Below, one piece after another: positions 38,258-51,624 of a DNA stretch of 64,000 nt. Within the stretch, counting starts at the first letter, position 1. Every line of letters begins with the position of its first letter. The notes under the pieces were generated by a model. That model searched no databases, was not told where the DNA came from, and was given only the letters and a program-made list of their open reading frames with translations. The DNA comes from Lepidodermella squamata (lineage: Eukaryota; Animalia; Gastrotricha), in contig JBLDXI010000004.1 in the NCBI GenBank assembly GCA_047495785.1, positions 186,001-250,000 of the forward strand. The letters are read 5' to 3'. The position numbers were made by a program, and so were the translations under genes.

Positions 38258-40739
38258 ATGACAACATTGCAATTTATTTACGTCATAACTGGGCTAATTC
38301 AAGCAGGCCACACTGCTACGTACGTTCCTTGCTTCTCGCGGACGAACGACGCGTTCAATGGCTGCAAAACACAGTGTTCGATTCTTCAAGAGTATCAGGT
38401 AGAACTTAATGGACTTGTATTTTCTAGCTTTTAATGCTGAGATTTCTTCAGCTTGGAGGAACTTATGCGACCTCATCATCATGCAGGACTGGGACTATTA
38501 AATTTTCTATTTGTCTATTCTTTCTATTTGATAAATTTGTTCGCAGTGGGCTCAAAGTTGTTTCAACTACAAAACAATCAGCATGCGATGTCTGCCTGGC
38601 AAGATCAGCTGTTCCGCTGATGAAATCGAGGTAGGGTAAAGTTTGTTTTCCAATTAGCAAAATTTGAATTAGCTTGAATAATTCGGTTTCCACTTTCGAA
38701 CTGAAAGTGAAAGAGAAGAAACTGAAACCGTGACAAACTGCGCCTATTCGTTCAAGATTTCGTCGATCGTGTTCTTCGTCGATTTCGAAGCAGCTCTACA
38801 AACGGACGCGCCGTCGTGACAGTCGCATTGATAGCCATCCGAAGCCAAACGAGCGTAACCACCTTGGTTCAAGAGCCTAATTTCAAGATTTAGCACCAGC
38901 AAGTTGTTGAGCTAGCCAGAAATGCGGTAAATTCGATGTGAAAAAACGAAAAAATGAAGAATGCGAGAAAAAAATGAACAAGAAACAAATCCTATGATTT
39001 TTTCAAGTTGGATATTTTCATTACAAATCAAATCAATAGCAAATCAGCGCGAGTGTATCATGCCATACTAGTAACCCTTTAACACGCATATACGGACGCC
39101 AGGTTATATGGGTTTAAAATCGCCTTCAGGCTGATATTTCGTCCTTCGGCAGCGCCTCAGGCCGATCAATCATATAAACCTGTATATTATATAAAATCCG
39201 AAACATTTTCGCTATTTCAGATTAAAATCGGCCACTTGTTTGGCGCAATGTACAGAACCTGCCGTGCGCAAATTCTGAAATTTCTGGTTTGTCTACTTGA
39301 AAATACTTAGCATATTTCAGTGCTCTTTATGACGCTTTTATGACGCTCTTTGAGATTTTACAATTTCAAAATAGGCAACCTTTTTTAGTTGATAGCTGTT
39401 CACTTTTTGCAGTACATACATTATTACCCTCATCAAGTGACGAGAGCAAAGACGACTGCGCCCTGCGCTGAGTCAGCGAAATGCTTTCAAGAAAATGAAA
39501 AAGCTTTAATTAGGGCAGATTTTGTTGTCGAAAAACTTGACAAAATTTGGGTTACGATGTATTTTGTCCTTATTTACCTATCTGAAAAGAAAATAAAAAA
39601 TGCACGAACTATTTTGGGTGAATTTGGGGTAATTTCAGCAAAATACAGCTTGAGACTCAAACATTTTATTTTTTTTCGCGCTACATCGAATTTATTGAAA
39701 AATGTTTCTTGCCCTTAAAAGTTTGGGCGTTTGAAAAGTTACCGCCAAAACCCTGACCCACTTTGGAGATATAGCGTTTTGTTAACTTGAAAAATCACAA
39801 ATTTACAAAGTAGTCTTTCCAAAGTATTTCAGCTGTGCGGTATTGATCCTGGCGACATAATGACTCTTAGGCGACTTCTGGCTGGCTGTTTACTATGAAA
39901 ATGTTTTGCATGAAAACACCCCAAAACCTAAAAAAAAACCTAAAACCTAACTGGTACCGGTTTGAACCGGTTCATATTGACCCAGAAACTTTTGTTCTGT
40001 AAAGTATTGGAAAGTAAAATATCTCCAGCTGGGAATATTCAAAATTTCCCAAACCGTAAAAACTAAATCGAGTGTAAATTACAAGACAAAAATTTATTTC
40101 CCCCTACATTGAATCTTGATGAAAAAATCTTCATCTTGGTCCTGCGGCTTTTCATTTATCGAGCTCAAATTTATTCAAAGCATTTTATTTCTATATATAT
40201 ATCGTTTGATTACCGAAACGTTATGCGTCTCCTATTTTATAAGATTGTACAGCTGCGTCGCGCCAGATCAAGCCCTCACTTGCCGCAGCCGCTGCTCAGA
40301 TGGCGAAACGCGATACCCGCCATCAAACGTCTTCTCAAATAATCGAATCTGCGATCTCGCACCGAAGACTTTTTCTGTTGTCGGCGGAAGCGAAATGACG
40401 AGAAGTGCAGCTATCGAACTGTGCCTCAGCAACAGAGCTCAAATAGCTATGCCGAAAACTATTGACGAGTCAGGAGGAATATCATTGATAAGGTCGAGCA
40501 GGATCAGACTGAGCCTAAACATTTCAAAGGATGGCTTGGCTTGATTAAAACAGCTGATAACAGGCTGGTCTGGGAAGACGGCACGCAGCGCCCTGATAAT
40601 CGAGACAACCTTGTGCCCAATTTTGTTCCATCGCCGGTTGAGCTTTGCACCCACCTGCAATACGACCGCGGCTTAGACAATTACTTCATAGTACTGGCGA
40701 ATTGCTTCTTATGTTGCCTGCGAGAAATATTCCATCTAA
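38258..40739 (+). pseudogene. Gene F: probable pseudogene of the family with a frameshifted C-type lectin domain
   Basis: MTTLQFIYVITGLIQAGHTATYVPCFSRTNDAFNGCKTQCSILQEYQ | LGGTYATSSSCRTG (no GT donor follows) | WAQSCFNYKTISMRCLPGKISCSADEIE. Middle exons are degraded. The last exon (module + LCLSNRAQIAMP..WLGL..WEDG..LC..ANC..VACEKYSI*) has frameshifts near 40470 and 40705. Confidence 0.75.
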
Positions 40740-41399
40740 CTGCAAGAGCTTATTCTTCGATACATTGGTTCAACTCTATGACCGATTATGTTTTTTTTCT
40801 TTCACGTATTCAAATCGGGAGAACTTGAGAAAATCGAAATGAAACGCAGTTTACCTAATAAATATTAATTTCATTGACCTTCTCGTGGTTGAAGGTGATT
40901 TAGCAGCGGGTTCATTATTCCGGCACAGCAGAAATACTCGAAGTTGCGATGAAAACGGGAGAGCCTATGAGGTGGCTTTTTCCGAGCTCTGATCCAATTC
41001 CGACGGCGATTATGCTAACATCTGTATAGGGTTCTCGCTTGTAAATCAAACGATTATGCAAATCAAACGAACGTAATCAACGTAAGGAAACCTATAATCG
41101 ATAATTGATGAGGTGCACTCCTGACTTATTCCTTATTCCATCGAACATTTAAAAAAAAGTTAAGGTTGTCACCACCCAATCGGAAACTGAGATTAAATAA
41201 AACGTTGAATTTTCTGGTTGTTTTGTTGAAAATATGAAAATGATATAATCCGTTGGTTCCGACGTTTCCAACTCAAAATGGTTAAATGGTTCGAGAAAAG
41301 AAAATGAAAGTTCGAAGGTTTCGTTTTACTCCAGTTAGGCAAGACTGATGTGAAATGCGATGTAACCACCATGATATTTTATTGTTAAAAACAACAAAA

Positions 41400-41950
41400 G
41401 CCCGCAGAATGTGACCCAAGGTTTCCGGTACTCTTCCACATCTACGGCACAAGATATCACCGTTAGCTCGATTACCAGGATTCGTTCGTACGGGAACCAC
41501 GTTACAGCGCATTTTAATCAAATTTGTAACATCGCTGCTGGAAAGACCGTTTCCATTTCTTAACCAGAAGCTCGAAGAAATGGATTCGCCAAACTGGGAA
41601 ACGCCAGCGCCTTATGTTTCAGTGAGCCCCAATAGGCAAACTCGCGATCACGCATCGCTGTTCTAAGGATTTTGACGATCGGCTTATCTTCGTCCAGTTC
41701 AACATCTTCGGGTGTAATTTGCTGGTCTTTTGAAGCAATTTGCAATCTCCAATGACAGGTCACGACTGGCGTTGACGTAAACGTCATCTAGCTTTGCGAG
41801 TCGTTCACATATGTTCGCGTGTTGAATAAAGGCTTCCCACTGACCACGAGGAATATAGCCAGTCCACTGTGCTTAGTTGTTGCATATTTTTTGGCGTTCA
41901 GCTCGAGGCCGATGGAATGAAACAGATCTCTAACTTACTTGGCAACCCAT
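41400..41950 (-). mobile_element. Degraded fragment of an RLE-type (R2/R4/NeSL-like) non-LTR retrotransposon
   Basis: LSSSDVTNLIKMRCNVVPVRTNPG..LCRRCGRVPETLGHIL zinc-knuckle region, homologous to the 58688 ORF; broken frames. Confidence 0.65.
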
Positions 41951-42189
41951 CGTAAAAAATAAACAGGTCAGAAAAATCGACTTGACTCGCGCATATTTGC
42001 TGTGTAGGTTCCAAATGAAAATAAGACCTTTGATTTATTCTTATGAACGATAAAGAAAACGAAACACATTTTCATAACATATTACATACGTGAATCATAA
42101 GTATTAGGGTTACGACTTGAAAATAATTAAGCACACGTCTGTCTGTTTGTTTCGTTAAGAATAATCGACTTCGCTGCAGCATATTCGTC

Positions 42190-45100
42190 TTAAAAGCTGC
42201 CTGATAGATCATCATCGACGCATTTTTTGTACGAGGCGTACATCGGCACCGGAGTGTCCAAGGTTTTCTGCGAGAAAGCACGGTTTGGACAAACGATTTC
42301 TTCAGTTCAACGACGAAAACTCACAGTTGATGGCGGGCATTGAGGAGATTCTTCCGGCGCGCAGAGGCTGAAGTGCTCAGTCGTCTCGTCAAAGCAACGG
42401 TAATGCCTTATCTAATATGAATTGAAAATAACATGGTGCACTTCGTACGAGCCGCAGAACTAGTATCAATCATAATTAGGAAATAAATCAAATCCGCAAT
42501 TGAATAAAAAATTGCGCTAGAGATTCGACTATAAAATGACCTCGGACTTCCTGTTCAAATTTCTAAATTTACCTCGGCAGTCCCGATGAAACACATGTCG
42601 TAACCAGCACTGGCAGTAGCTCCGCTAATTGTTCCATACTAAAAATTACACGAAGCAATCAGAGAATGAATCGGTTCAGTGACTTCATGAAGCATAAATC
42701 ATAAGCCACTGAACCCGGAACCCGCGCTTATTCAAATTCGAAACGTACCACTGGGTAATTTGTCGGGCATGATTGCGTAATAGAGCCAACGCACAACCGG
42801 CTGCCGTTGAAGGGCGTGTAACAGTATGAGAAGCCCTATGCGAAAAATATAGAGACATACATTCCAATGCGGTAAACCAGCGGTTCCCAAACTTTCTGGC
42901 TTACACGAGACAGAAGTGGAAAGGTTTCCAAATTTGACCAAAAAAACTCCTAAAAACTCCTACAAATGAGGCATACCTCCGGGTTTTCCCTGAAATTCAT
43001 TTCCCAATTCTTCAATTCAATTAAAAATATATAAAATCTGTAACGTGCTTAAATAGCAAGGGTTTGTTTTGATTGTAAGTATCCATTATCGTCTCTTAAC
43101 GTGAGTTTGGCTTAAGCTTCTTCATAAAAAAGCTGCCAAGTGGCTATTTTTTCTCGATTCTGGGTCTGACAATGGTCCAAAAAATGCCTTGCTTGTTTGT
43201 AATTCGAGGCCCATAGGACACGAGTTTCCTACAGGACACTTGAAATTTCGCATAGTACACGAGTTTCCTAAAGTCTTTCCTCAAACTGGCTTCGGATGGA
43301 AAAAAATACAAAAATTACCGCTTTGTTACACAACTCCAAGGTGTCAAACCATGTTCCATCAAATATATTCTGAGCGCACAAAAGGCACGAAAACATGGTC
43401 AGAAGCCAGCATGGGATCATGGCGAGAATTAACATACCGTGCAATTATCGATTTGCCTGGTGCATACAACCGTGTTTCCGGAGAAGCAGCGAAAATTGGG
43501 CAGCTTTTCTTCAGGCGGTGGATCTAGCGAACAAAATTTAGTCAAGTGTTTTTCATAGAGCGCCTCTCCTACCGTAGATGCACTGGTATCGATTGTCGTA
43601 AGTAATCCAAGAGGCTTTTACCTGAACAATGGCGACAGGTTAAAGAACAACATTCAGTGCAAGAAGTAACGGGGTGATGTCGTACCTGAGACATGTCGTT
43701 ACAAACCAAGCGCGTTTTGGCAATACAGTCCACTGGCTTGCGATCCTTTGACAAACAAGGCACATTTGGAACCTGGGACGAATCGTTCTCATAACATATG
43801 CAAACAGGGTGATCAGGTGACTGACCATGTACTCTTTAAGGCAGACGCCGTATAAATCGCCGAACGCATTGGTGGTCCCTCCGTACTCCAAAGGTTCACC
43901 TGGATCTATTTCAATTTCTGGTACGTTGTTCGCATTTAACACGCGATCGGCAACCATGCCATTTGGACACGAGTTCTCATTGGGGCCTCTATATGCTCGG
44001 CAGATACCAGCGGTTGAATTCGCGCTTGGACGAGTTGCCGGGACACAATAGACGACATCCTGTCAATACAAAAAATAGAAATTTCTACGCTGAATCTAAA
44101 GAAGAGTTATCTTGAAAAAAGCTGAAAAAGCTGAACGAAAAGTAGTTTTATGCCTATTAAAAATTTCGAAATTTGTTCCCGCTAAAAGTGAGACCCAATT
44201 ATCTGTTATCTGACAAGATATTTGACCAACAATGCGAAGATTTTAACACATTTAATTTAAAATCTAGGCTACGTCCCACGCCAAACATACACCGTTTTCG
44301 CAGAAGCCCCGTGTGCTGTAGATTTTAGAGTCGACCTCCTGCGACAAAAACAGAATATAAGAACTATGAAATCATTCGATGTTTCTTACATTAGTTTGGC
44401 CTGTCGGGCATTGGCTAGGCAGAGGTATGCAGCTCGAGAATGGAAGTAGCCCTTCGTTTTTGAAGCAGCGAATATGCGGGAAGTACTCGGGTTTCGGCGC
44501 TGCAGACAAAACGTTAAATGCAGAAATTCTGAATGCATTTACGACAGGAATACGAAGTGATGGGTCGATCGAATGGCCGAAATCACCGCTAACTTTGACT
44601 GGTGATTTTATAAGAAAAAACGCCATAACTGCGCATTTTGCGATACAATATCGATGGTTTTGCGCTAAAACAGACCGATAGGCTGCATTCTGATATACGC
44701 CAATAAAAACTGTGCGGAGTATATGCGAGTATATGGTTATACACAGGGCTAATAGCATTTTGGTGCATGCACAAGAGAATGCACTCAGACGAGAGCGATC
44801 GATTCTTCCGCAGTAACATGGTATATTTGCGCATTTTGTTCTCTTGTTTTTTCATTTTTATCATCATTCTTTCTTAGATCTCCCGCATCATTTTTGCTGA
44901 AAGTAGGACATTGAAAGCTTGTGCTTTAAATTACCCACGATTTTAGTAATTCTGACCTGGTCTGTTCATGGGACGGAGTAGGAATGATTTCCATAGTTGT
45001 CCATTTTAAATCGCAGCAAAATTTTCTTCTAGAATGATAGAATCTCCGATAGATTGATAGAGGCTTCTTATCAGATTCTTTAGGAGTTTAGTGAAATCTG

Positions 45101-48100
45101 AGCTTACCACAAAGTTAAACTCCTGTTTTGAGGTTTCAGCAAAAATAGGGTAGAAAGGTTGTTTCGGCTGAGATTCCGAAAGTGGCTGCTGGCTACTCTG
45201 TTAGGAAAATATTCCATTATTTCGTTGTTGTGGCGTTTATCAAGCTGATAATGTGGTTTGGGCCCCTGGATAATTTGAAACTATCGCCCTTTTCCTCAAA
45301 CAACCACCTCCAAAACACAACTTCTGATCAAAGATAGAAAGCCAAGTTTGTCGGTTTGGGGCTCAAACTCCACCTAGAACTTGACAGCTACTTAGACGGA
45401 AACTATAGACTTATCGATCGTGCGTGAATCCTACAATCTACTAACGGTCGAAGGTCGAAGCCTTACGAACAATCGAAACAGTCTCTTAATTAGATCTAAC
45501 CAGAAGTACTCTTCATTGCCTTTTAAAATTTAGCATTTGGTATCAGACGCATGCCATCTTCACAATGCTTAGGAGCCGACTATTCCCATGATTGCTTTGG
45601 CCGCTGAGTAGCCACATCTTTACCATATATTACCGGTGAATGGCGGCCCATTCCAGAAGGGAGGATTTGCTTGGCGGTTTCACGCTTCCTGTCAACCCTT
45701 CCTGTCAGCTTGATAAACGCCGCATTCAATGCATGGATGATTGATGTTGCGGTTATTGGGATTGAACACGGTGATTTTGAGATGCCTAGGCCGTTCGATC
45801 ACATGCTACTCACGTGCTAGGGTCAGCTTTTATACGACTGGGATAACCCCATACCAAGTTTCTGCTGCAGTTAAAACTAACGCGATTTATTGGAATTTCT
45901 GGTTTATGTTTTGGCTGATAAATACCTTTCACAGCAATATACAAAGTGAACCTATCGCTTTGTTATGATATTTAAAACTCCCGATTACTGGCCACTTTAA
46001 CTTCCATCTTTACTCAGTTGGGCAATCCTTCATCGGTAGCTGTAAATCTGAGGTCATACAGCCTTAGGTCAAGAACAGAACTTCTCAGATTGGCAATTCG
46101 GCTTTCGACAACTCCCTGTTTTCTATCCTTGACATTTTAATTTATGACGCTTGTCATTTAGGACTAAAGCATTCAACGTTTCATTTTTAACAACGATTTG
46201 AGCTGATGACTGATAACGACCATTGGCTGAAACAGTTTCCTCCGAGGATAGTGGATTCCAGACACCGCCCATCCAAACAAGCGATGGAAAGAAAACGCAA
46301 GCGCAACTCTGGGAAACCCTACCGTCAGTCAGATAAAGGGGTTAGCGCTAAGTTTAATTCCGGTCGTAAGCCTGTTTACTTCAAGTGTGGTTGCTGGCGT
46401 AAATGCTCCTTGAAATTCAATGAAAATTCAGTCAAACAATGCTTTAACACTTACTGGTCCCGAGCATCTATCGACGCTAGACGAGCATTCATCAACCGTT
46501 ACGTCAGTTATAAACAGAAACGAGAGAATGGTCCTCGAAGATTTGATTATTACTTACCAGGCAACTACTTGGCAACCCCTTCGCCTTCACAATCTAGGGA
46601 CTCAATCGAAGTATGCAGGTCTTTCTTTCTGAAGGCGCTCGATGAAACTCGCGCTTTTATAAACACAACTGTTGAGAAAAAAGTCGAAGACGGCTTCTAC
46701 ATCATACCAGATCAACGCGGTCGCCATAAGCCGCCGAATACCACCAGCGATAATTCTTACAAATTTGTTTATCAGCACATCACTTCTTTCGAGCGATTAG
46801 ACAGTCATTATGCGAGAAGTCAAACTAGCAAGCAATATCTCGGGTCCGCGCTCAATCTGAAGGAAATGCATCGAATGTACTGCATAGCACACCAAAACTG
46901 GGCTCTGCGTACTGATGAGAAACCCGTCAAATACGCTACTTACCGATCCATATTCAAGAGATCTTTTCCCAATCTCGCTTTCAGTCATCCGAAGAAGGAC
47001 ACCTGCAAGAAATGCACACGATTTGCGACTTTGCCGGATGAACTGTTCACCCATGAAGTGATCGTGGAGAAACGGAACCACGAATCCAACAGAGACGCTG
47101 CAAGAGATGCCAAGAATGCTGACAAAATTCTAGCAAAACAGTCGAAAGGATTGATCTTGTGCATCCAGTTTGATATGCAGTCAATCCTCGAAAGCCCTTG
47201 CTGCTCGATAATGTACAAAAAAAGTTCCACACCTCAAACCTGACTTTCTACGATACTTCATCAAAAGATGTCTATTGTTTCATGTGGGATCAAACAGAAG
47301 GGGGTCGTGGGACGGATGAAGTTGGTTCATGTCTCTATAAATTCATCACTGAAATGATTCCTGACGAAGTTGAGCAGTTGATTCTATGGAGCGACAGCAC
47401 TGGAAGCCAAAACAAATCTCAGTACATTGTCAACGCTTTATTCGCAGCCTTGTCCAATTCCAAAGGTAATCTCAAAGTCATCGATCACAAGTTTTTCGAG
47501 CCGGGCCACTCGCAAATGGAATGTGATTCCGTGCATGCCACTATTGAAAGGGAAGCTAAGAAACGAGTCAACATCAGCTATTCAAAGGAATGGAGAGAAA
47601 TCGTGGCCGCGTCGCGGAAGGCTCCGATTGATGCTGATCTGAGACTCGAAGTGTTCGGTGAGGAAACGCCAAACCGCTTGAAAGTGAAACCATACAGCAT
47701 AACTGAAATGCAATTTGCAAGCTTCTTCAGCTTTGACAAGTCACCAAAGTTCGCTCAGTATTTGCAAGACGAACAGAAAAATGATGTTAAATGGTCGGAG
47801 CCATGTTGGTTCAGATACGAGAAAGACTACCCTAATTATCTCCAAACCAAGAAAACTTTCGACTTGGCTTTTCATACTTTCGTCGCCAAGCGCTACAACA
47901 AAGACGTCATTTTGTTTCCTTTCCAACTTGTTCAAAAATACGAAAAGCGATTGCCGATCGAATCCAGTCTTAAGAAGGATCTCATCGAAATGGTCAACAA
48001 AGGCACCATTCCAGAAGCTTATCGCTCAGTCATAATGGCTTACGAAGAAGACGCAGACAAACCTACTGCTTGCAGCATTGACGCTAAACCTCCGCCGTAA

Positions 48101-51100
48101 CATTACGCCCTCGAAACTTGGATGGATATGACTACTTGAAAGCGTTTCAAAATTATTAAAACAAGCTTATTGTTGAGAGTTTGAACTGTGTTTTACTCGA
48201 GCTGTCTAAGAACGATTCAGTCCATGAGTTTCTGAAACGTTTCCTCCATGATTATCTCGGAATTCCCAGCGCAGATACCTCAGAATGACCGCAGTATCGA
48301 AGATATTTGTTGGTCATTATTTGTCCAGTACATATATTTTTTTCACACAGAATACAATGGGCTATATCTTACTACATGTGTGCGTAGTACTATTTATAGT
48401 GCGTAGTACTCTGGATAGGAATTTTTTCATTGGCTCCTTATAGCGCAAAATCATCGATATCGCGAAATTCTAGTTCCTTTTGGTAGCATAAGGCATTTAA
48501 AGCAAGGGGCAATTTGCTGACCCTAACACTTTCGAGCTTATTATCGGAAATTAGAGATTGACGGGAGAAATTCACAACAAGATTCGTAGTAAATGTTAGC
48601 CAACCATTGATGCACTCGCTGAAAGTCGTGAAGTCGATGCCGGTGGAGAATTCGGAAGTCTAGTGAAGAGAGTAGCAAATCATAGGTCATACTCCAGAAT
48701 TCAGATGGCTAGCTCACCGAAGCAGCCGAGCAATCTTCAAATGTTTTTACGCAAGTGACCAAATTGAAGCTGCTGGAATCCAAGCACTGTTTGTACCGAA
48801 TCTGTGAACATAATCAAATATGGCACTTCAGTCTTAATGAATCATAGGTGGCATACCGATGGATTGACAGATGCTGCATAGCTCTGACATGCTGAGTAGG
48901 CGGTCGCGAAAGATGATGGCGCTGCTTGAAAGACCTTTACCTTTATTCAAGGAATGAAAAGCAAGAAAACTCAGAGAACTAAAACATTCATCCAGATGAG
49001 TCACATTTTAAATTAATGAGGACGAGCAATGAGGACGGGGGGGGGGGGCAGCTGGCAACTGTCTAAGAGGAAGTGCCCCACCAGCAGAAGCGCCTCCGAA
49101 AACCGGGGCCATGGACTCGCGGTGAATAAAAAGAAAATGCTATATTATCCTGTATTCACTATAGACGAAAAACTGCAATACCTTCACATTTTCCCTAATT
49201 TTATGAATAATTTCTTTATTTATGCTATGGCTATCCGATTTCATGAATTGAAATATACTTTAATTGGCTTAAATCATTTTTACTGCATCTAATTATATTT
49301 TTTCCACATATAAATCTTGTTTTCGCATCTAGGCATTTTTTCTACAGCTAATTCTACTTTTTCTCACATCTAATTTAAAATTAGCCGAAATGACTTCAAA
49401 CAAATTGAAAAATGATTCAGCGCGTTTTTCTTGACAAGAAAATATATGTTTCTTTCCCAGATCTGGCGCGTGGAATAACGCAGGTGGAGAAATGTTCATA
49501 AAATGTTGCAATCATAATCATGAACTACTGAACCCGCACAAGTTGCGGACAAGAGTCAACACCGGAGCCACTAAGTTGACAAAAAATTAAGCAATCCGAG
49601 ATTCAACGCGTTAACAAGTCATTCAACCTCATTAACAATGGAAAACATTATATGGCTCTGGTCCGATGAATTTATCCTGCGATATTTATCGATTTTTATA
49701 TAAATACAAAATTTGCCGTCAAACGTTATTATTATCACACTTTTGCTAAACACGTACGTGATTTTTTACGCAAACACAAGTAACGGTAGCTTCGACGCCG
49801 CTGCGTCCTGATACGTCTCATGATTTTTTAATAAAATTAAAGCAGCCATACCAAGTTCCAACCGCTTGGGCATCTGTTCCTACATTGAACATGGCCATTT
49901 TTCCGACACGCTGCTGCATTCTGAGAATAAAGACATCTTCTTAGGGAGAACTGATCGAAATCAATGGAAATGGTCATGGAAATTAATGAAGAGTCTTGAA
50001 ACTTGAGGTCGAATGGTTTAAGACCCGCAAGTCATACCCATTTCTCGCAATGCATACGATCGATGTAAGGCCGGGGGCTGAACGACTGGATGAAAATGAG
50101 CGGAATGACAATGAATAGCTGAATCGTTTATAGCAGATTTACCGATGTTTCATTCGCAGCTTCTGAACAGCCAATAGATGTCGGGCGACAGCCTAGAAAA
50201 GACCCAGTTGTTTTGAGAAAACAGCGTACATGTGGTTCGAAATCGACAGGGCGCGATTCTGACATTATAAAAAAATTCACTGTGAATGGCAGATGGATGA
50301 TTTGTTTTCAACTTACGATAGCCTTCTGCGCACTTGGACAGCGTTTTGTAAGTCCCATATGGCACCTTAGAGATAACATTTGAAATAATCTGCCGATAGC
50401 ATAATTAATACGTCTACTCACCGTGCCGATGGGACATTTCAGATCCGACGGCATGCAGGCAGCATAATTCGAACCATTGTAGCAACGCTGATAGGTCAAA
50501 CCCTACGTAAAAAAGGCTAGATGCGGAATAACAACCTTCACGCTCGATCTTTACCGATCTCGTCGAATTCTCGCAATCGGACAGGCTATTACGCAGCAAG
50601 TCGAACCCTCGGAATCGCGCAATCTGATATCAGGTGATATTAATCGGGAGAAAGTATTATCAATACAATATGATCACCTCTAGAGACTTCGCTGGACAAG
50701 AAATATCGCCTGGTAAGCAACGCAGTGTCAACGTTTCCGGATTGTAGCAGCTGTGAGCAGTCTGACGGGTGAATATCAAACAAACGGTAAATCGAACCTA
50801 TTCTTTGTTCGAGATTCATACCCCATAGGTGCACAGCGTTCTGTTTGCGTAAATCTTGCCAGAGAACTGAAAGACGCACAAAGAATATTACGAGGCAAAC
50901 GAATTGTGGCAGCAAAATGTAGAGCCCGTGTGTATGTGTGTGTGCGCGCGACTCTAAGGGTAAAGGGGGCTTTGCGGTATTTTCAGCCCCGAATTAAGAG
51001 TGCGCGAAGTAGGATCCTCCAACTATGGGGTATTTTCAAGCAAATTTTATGACCAAAGGGTCCCCCTGTGGTCTTTTTGCGGGTTTCCACATTGACCCTC

Positions 51101-51624
51101 TGAACTAGGGGAAGAGGAGGGTCGCCAGCAAAATTGAAATAGGACTTTCCGAACTGAAGATTTGGAGTGCGCTTTCTAACGGCAAATTGGTTCTTGAATT
51201 GGGTTTTGTGAGGGTAAAGTAAAAAATTAGGCGCCAAAACAACTGTTGGGCGCCAAAAACAGAATTGGGAATTTATGAACTATGACAAATGAAACAACTC
51301 AGTGCCGTTATCAAATTCGTGATTTTAAGTACATTATGGGGCATACATATTGAGGCGATTTTATTTCTACGCAGCGCAGTCATTCCGACGATTACGATTA
51401 TCACTTATCTTATTGGGAAAATTGGGTGATAAGTCAATAAACATCTGCCATACCATATAGTTTTCGAGAACATCACATCCGACGCGAGATCGGCGGCAAA
51501 TCTGGTCGAAAGAATCGTCGAATTGCGAGAAACATCGAACCCATGCGGCAGTAGCTGGCGTCACTATGAGGCAGATGATGAAGAAGACGCCGCTAGTTGA
51601 AGCAAACAGCCTGGTGTTGCACAT
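42190..51624 (-). CDS. Gene G: secreted protein made only of 12 four-Cys modules (23 exons, apparently intact); paralog of E
   Basis: Exon 1 peptide is identical to E. All exons join in frame to KTLDTPVPMYASYKKCVDDDLSGSF* (stop 42192-42190). A ~4-kb transposon lies in the intron between ~48605 and ~44500. Confidence 0.85.
44530..48570 (+). mobile_element. ~4-kb DNA transposon (Sola1-like) antisense within an intron of gene G; ends approximate
   Basis: The homologous intron in gene E is only ~85 bp. Inverted subterminal motif ATATCGATG.TTTTGCGCTA (~44650) / TAGCGCAAAATCATCGATAT (~48440); central transposase. Confidence 0.7.
46206..48100 (+). CDS. DDD-type transposase (Sola1-like), ~630 aa, split by one frameshift near 47215
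   Basis: Motifs CGCWRKC, VCRSFFL, DQRGRH, SHYAR, PKKDTCKKC, FDMQSIL..P, NLTFYD, WDQTEGGRG..EVGSCL, WSDSTGSQNK, FFEPGHSQMECDSVHATIE. Confidence 0.8.
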
